A stretch of 64,000 nt of DNA from Limisphaerales bacterium (lineage in GTDB: Bacteria; Verrucomicrobiota; Verrucomicrobiia; Limisphaerales; JADLHS01). Shown one piece after another: positions 62,699 through 64,000 of the stretch. The position numbers were made by a program, and so were the translations under genes. Numbering within the stretch: position 1 is the stretch's first letter; the number at the start of each line of letters is the position of its first letter. The notes beneath the pieces are model-generated. The model had not been told where the DNA came from, made no database searches, and saw only the letters and a program-made list of their open reading frames with translations. Location: positions 9,915 through 73,914 of the forward strand of contig JBGAIM010000017.1 in the NCBI GenBank assembly GCA_044225555.1, read 5' to 3'.

Positions 62699-64000
62699 AT
62701 GCTACGCTTTCTCATCAACGCGGGTTGGGGGCTGGTTGTCGCAACCAGCTGTGGGGCGCTGTTCGGCGCTGTGGAGCCGCCGGCGACAATGGTTGCTTCG
62801 GCTCGCGCGAACTACAATTTCAATTCGGGCTGGAAATTGTTCGTCGGCGATCCGGCGGGTGCGGCAAGTCCGGGTTTCGACGATTCCGCCTGGAGATCAA
62901 TCACCCTGCCGCATGCATGGAATGAGGACGTTGCATTCAAAGTGTCGATTGCCGAGCACCCGACGGGCATCGCGTGGTATCGCAAGCGATTCAAGCTGCC
63001 ACCCGAGGCCGCGGGTGAGAAGGTGTTTCTCGAATTCGAAGGGTTGCGTCAGGCGGGCGAGTTTTATCTGAACGGCAAACATATTGGTCGCCATGAGAAT
63101 GGCATCATGGCGGTCGGGTTCGATGTGACGGGGTTCGTGCTACCGGCGCCGCAGGAGAACGTGATTGCGGTGCAGACGGACAACGACTGGAACTATCGCG
63201 AGAAGAGCACGAACCAGCGTTACCAGTGGAGCGACCGGAACTTCAACGCGAACTACGGCGGCATCACCAAGAATGTGAAGTTGCATGTCACCGGGAACCT
63301 GTACCAGACGCTGCCGCTTTACGCGCAGCTCGGCACGGTGGGGACTTACATTTACGCACAGGATTTCGACATCCCGGGTAAGGCGGCAATGATCACGGCG
63401 GAGTCAGAAGTGCGGAATGAATTCGCGGCGCCGCGCACGTTCACCTACGAAGTGGCGATTGAAGATATGGACGGCACGACCCGGAAGACGTTTGAATCCG
63501 GGCCGGTGACATTGGCGGCGGGGCAATCAACGACCATCAAGGCGACGGCGCGCGTTACCGGCTTGAATTTCTGGAGCTGGGGCTACGGTTATCTCTACCA
63601 CGTTCACACGATCTTGAAGGTGGATGGTCGCGTGGTGGACAGCGTTCGCACGCGCACCGGGTTTCGGAAAGCCGAGTTTGGCGGTGGGGTGGTGAAGCTG
63701 AACGGGCGCGTGCTTCAGTTCAAGGGTTACGCGCAACGCACTTCGAATGAATGGCCCGCGCTGGGCAATGCAGTGCCGCCGTGGTTGAGCGATTTCAGTA
63801 ATGGTTTGATGGTGGAGGGCAATGGCAATCTCGTTCGCTGGATGCACATCACGCCGTCGAAACAGGACGTTGAATCGTGCGACCGCGTGGGGTTGATCCA
63901 GGCAATGCCGGCGGGTGATTCGGAAGCGGACGTGACGGGGCGGCGTTGGGAGCAGCGGGTGGAAGTGATGCGCGACGCCATCATCTACAATCGCAACAAT
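62699..64000 (+). CDS. GH2-family glycoside hydrolase (beta-galactosidase/glucuronidase-like), N-terminal 434 codons; runs off the right edge
   Basis: My own translation from ATG 62699: [23 protein letters not shown] (signal) ...[14 protein letters not shown]...[17 protein letters not shown]...[12 protein letters not shown]...[22 protein letters not shown], i.e. the GH2 sugar-binding N-domain pattern, continuing in frame to the window end. Confidence 0.8.
   Translation, partial: MLRFLINAGWGLVVATSCGALFGAVEPPATMVASARANYNFNSGWKLFVGDPAGAASPGFDDSAWRSITLPHAWNEDVAFKVSIAEHPTGIAWYRKRFKLPPEAAGEKVFLEFEGLRQAGEFYLNGKHIGRHENGIMAVGFDVTGFVLPAPQENVIAVQTDNDWNYREKSTNQRYQWSDRNFNANYGGITKNVKLHVTGNLYQTLPLYAQLGTVGTYIYAQDFDIPGKAAMITAESEVRNEFAAPRTFTYEVAIEDMDGTTRKTFESGPVTLAAGQSTTIKATARVTGLNFWSWGYGYLYHVHTILKVDGRVVDSVRTRTGFRKAEFGGGVVKLNGRVLQFKGYAQRTSNEWPALGNAVPPWLSDFSNGLMVEGNGNLVRWMHITPSKQDVESCDRVGLIQAMPAGDSEADVTGRRWEQRVEVMRDAIIYNRNN

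Noticed and set aside
1-64000. Search for mobile elements, prophage, CRISPR, tRNA/rRNA and recognisable defence systems
   Set aside because: No ORF shows transposase, integrase, recombinase, Cas, restriction-modification or reverse-transcriptase motifs. Apart from the 520-nt gap at 48266-48785, which holds a small ORF, intergenic gaps are at most ~300 nt. I read them by eye and saw no tRNA-like or rRNA-like sequence; no tRNA or ncRNA scan was run. AddAB is taken as housekeeping recombination repair.

Overview
GC-rich (judged by eye, not computed) bacterial chromosomal segment with about 55 protein-coding genes. I could not recognise any rRNA, tRNA, CRISPR array, transposase or integrase. The gene content suggests a Verrucomicrobiota/PVC-like organism (inference only): a PEP-CTERM protein, a TMTC-like membrane+TPR protein, giant secreted multidomain enzymes, a futalosine-type MqnA/MqnD protein, and a small protein that from memory resembles the PVC-restricted Minf_1886 type. 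Gene order, left to right: Cys-type glutathione peroxidase (partial), RluE-like pseudouridine synthase, a 1788-aa secreted S8 subtilase, addA/addB, a DksA-like/rpmG/rpsR operon, ZIP transporter + Fur-family regulator, rsmI. Then a roughly 10-gene minus-strand array: GlcD-like oxidase, DUF2007, PIN-TRAM, mlaDFE, lpxD, desaturase, secreted hydrolase-like protein. Then an EF-hand miniprotein, TMTC-like protein + GHL10 hydrolase + PEP-CTERM protein, smc, two tandem FHA membrane proteins, M16 peptidase, FAH-family hydrolase, proS, hybrid histidine kinase, MqnA/D-like, bioB, M14 peptidase, TlpA-like redoxin, hemerythrin, PQQ-type sugar dehydrogenase, a 5'-truncated Gfo/Idh/MocA remnant, DedA, GH43, a degenerate PIN-like ORF, a TPR membrane protein, gcvP and a partial GH2 hydrolase. 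I see no clear-cut novel system such as a defence island or mobile element. The items most worth a second look are: (1) a zinc-related neighbourhood, with a Cys-less DksA-like protein, C-minus L33 and S18, followed by a near-perfect Fur-type 7-1-7 palindrome in front of a ZIP-Fur-family operon; (2) two paralogous FHA-domain membrane proteins in a co-directional cluster with an M16 peptidase and small PVC-type proteins, next to smc and with no kinase or phosphatase in the window; (3) a C-terminal ~70-aa module shared by two unrelated secreted enzymes; (4) a TMTC-like / GHL10 / PEP-CTERM cluster; (5) a recurring AT-rich motif (TCACC..AATTAGTTGTG) upstream of smc and of a small ORF; (6) gene-decay signatures, namely a truncated oxidoreductase and a degenerate PIN-like ORF, plus AT-richer patches. 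All family assignments come from motif recognition in the translated ORFs; no database search was run.
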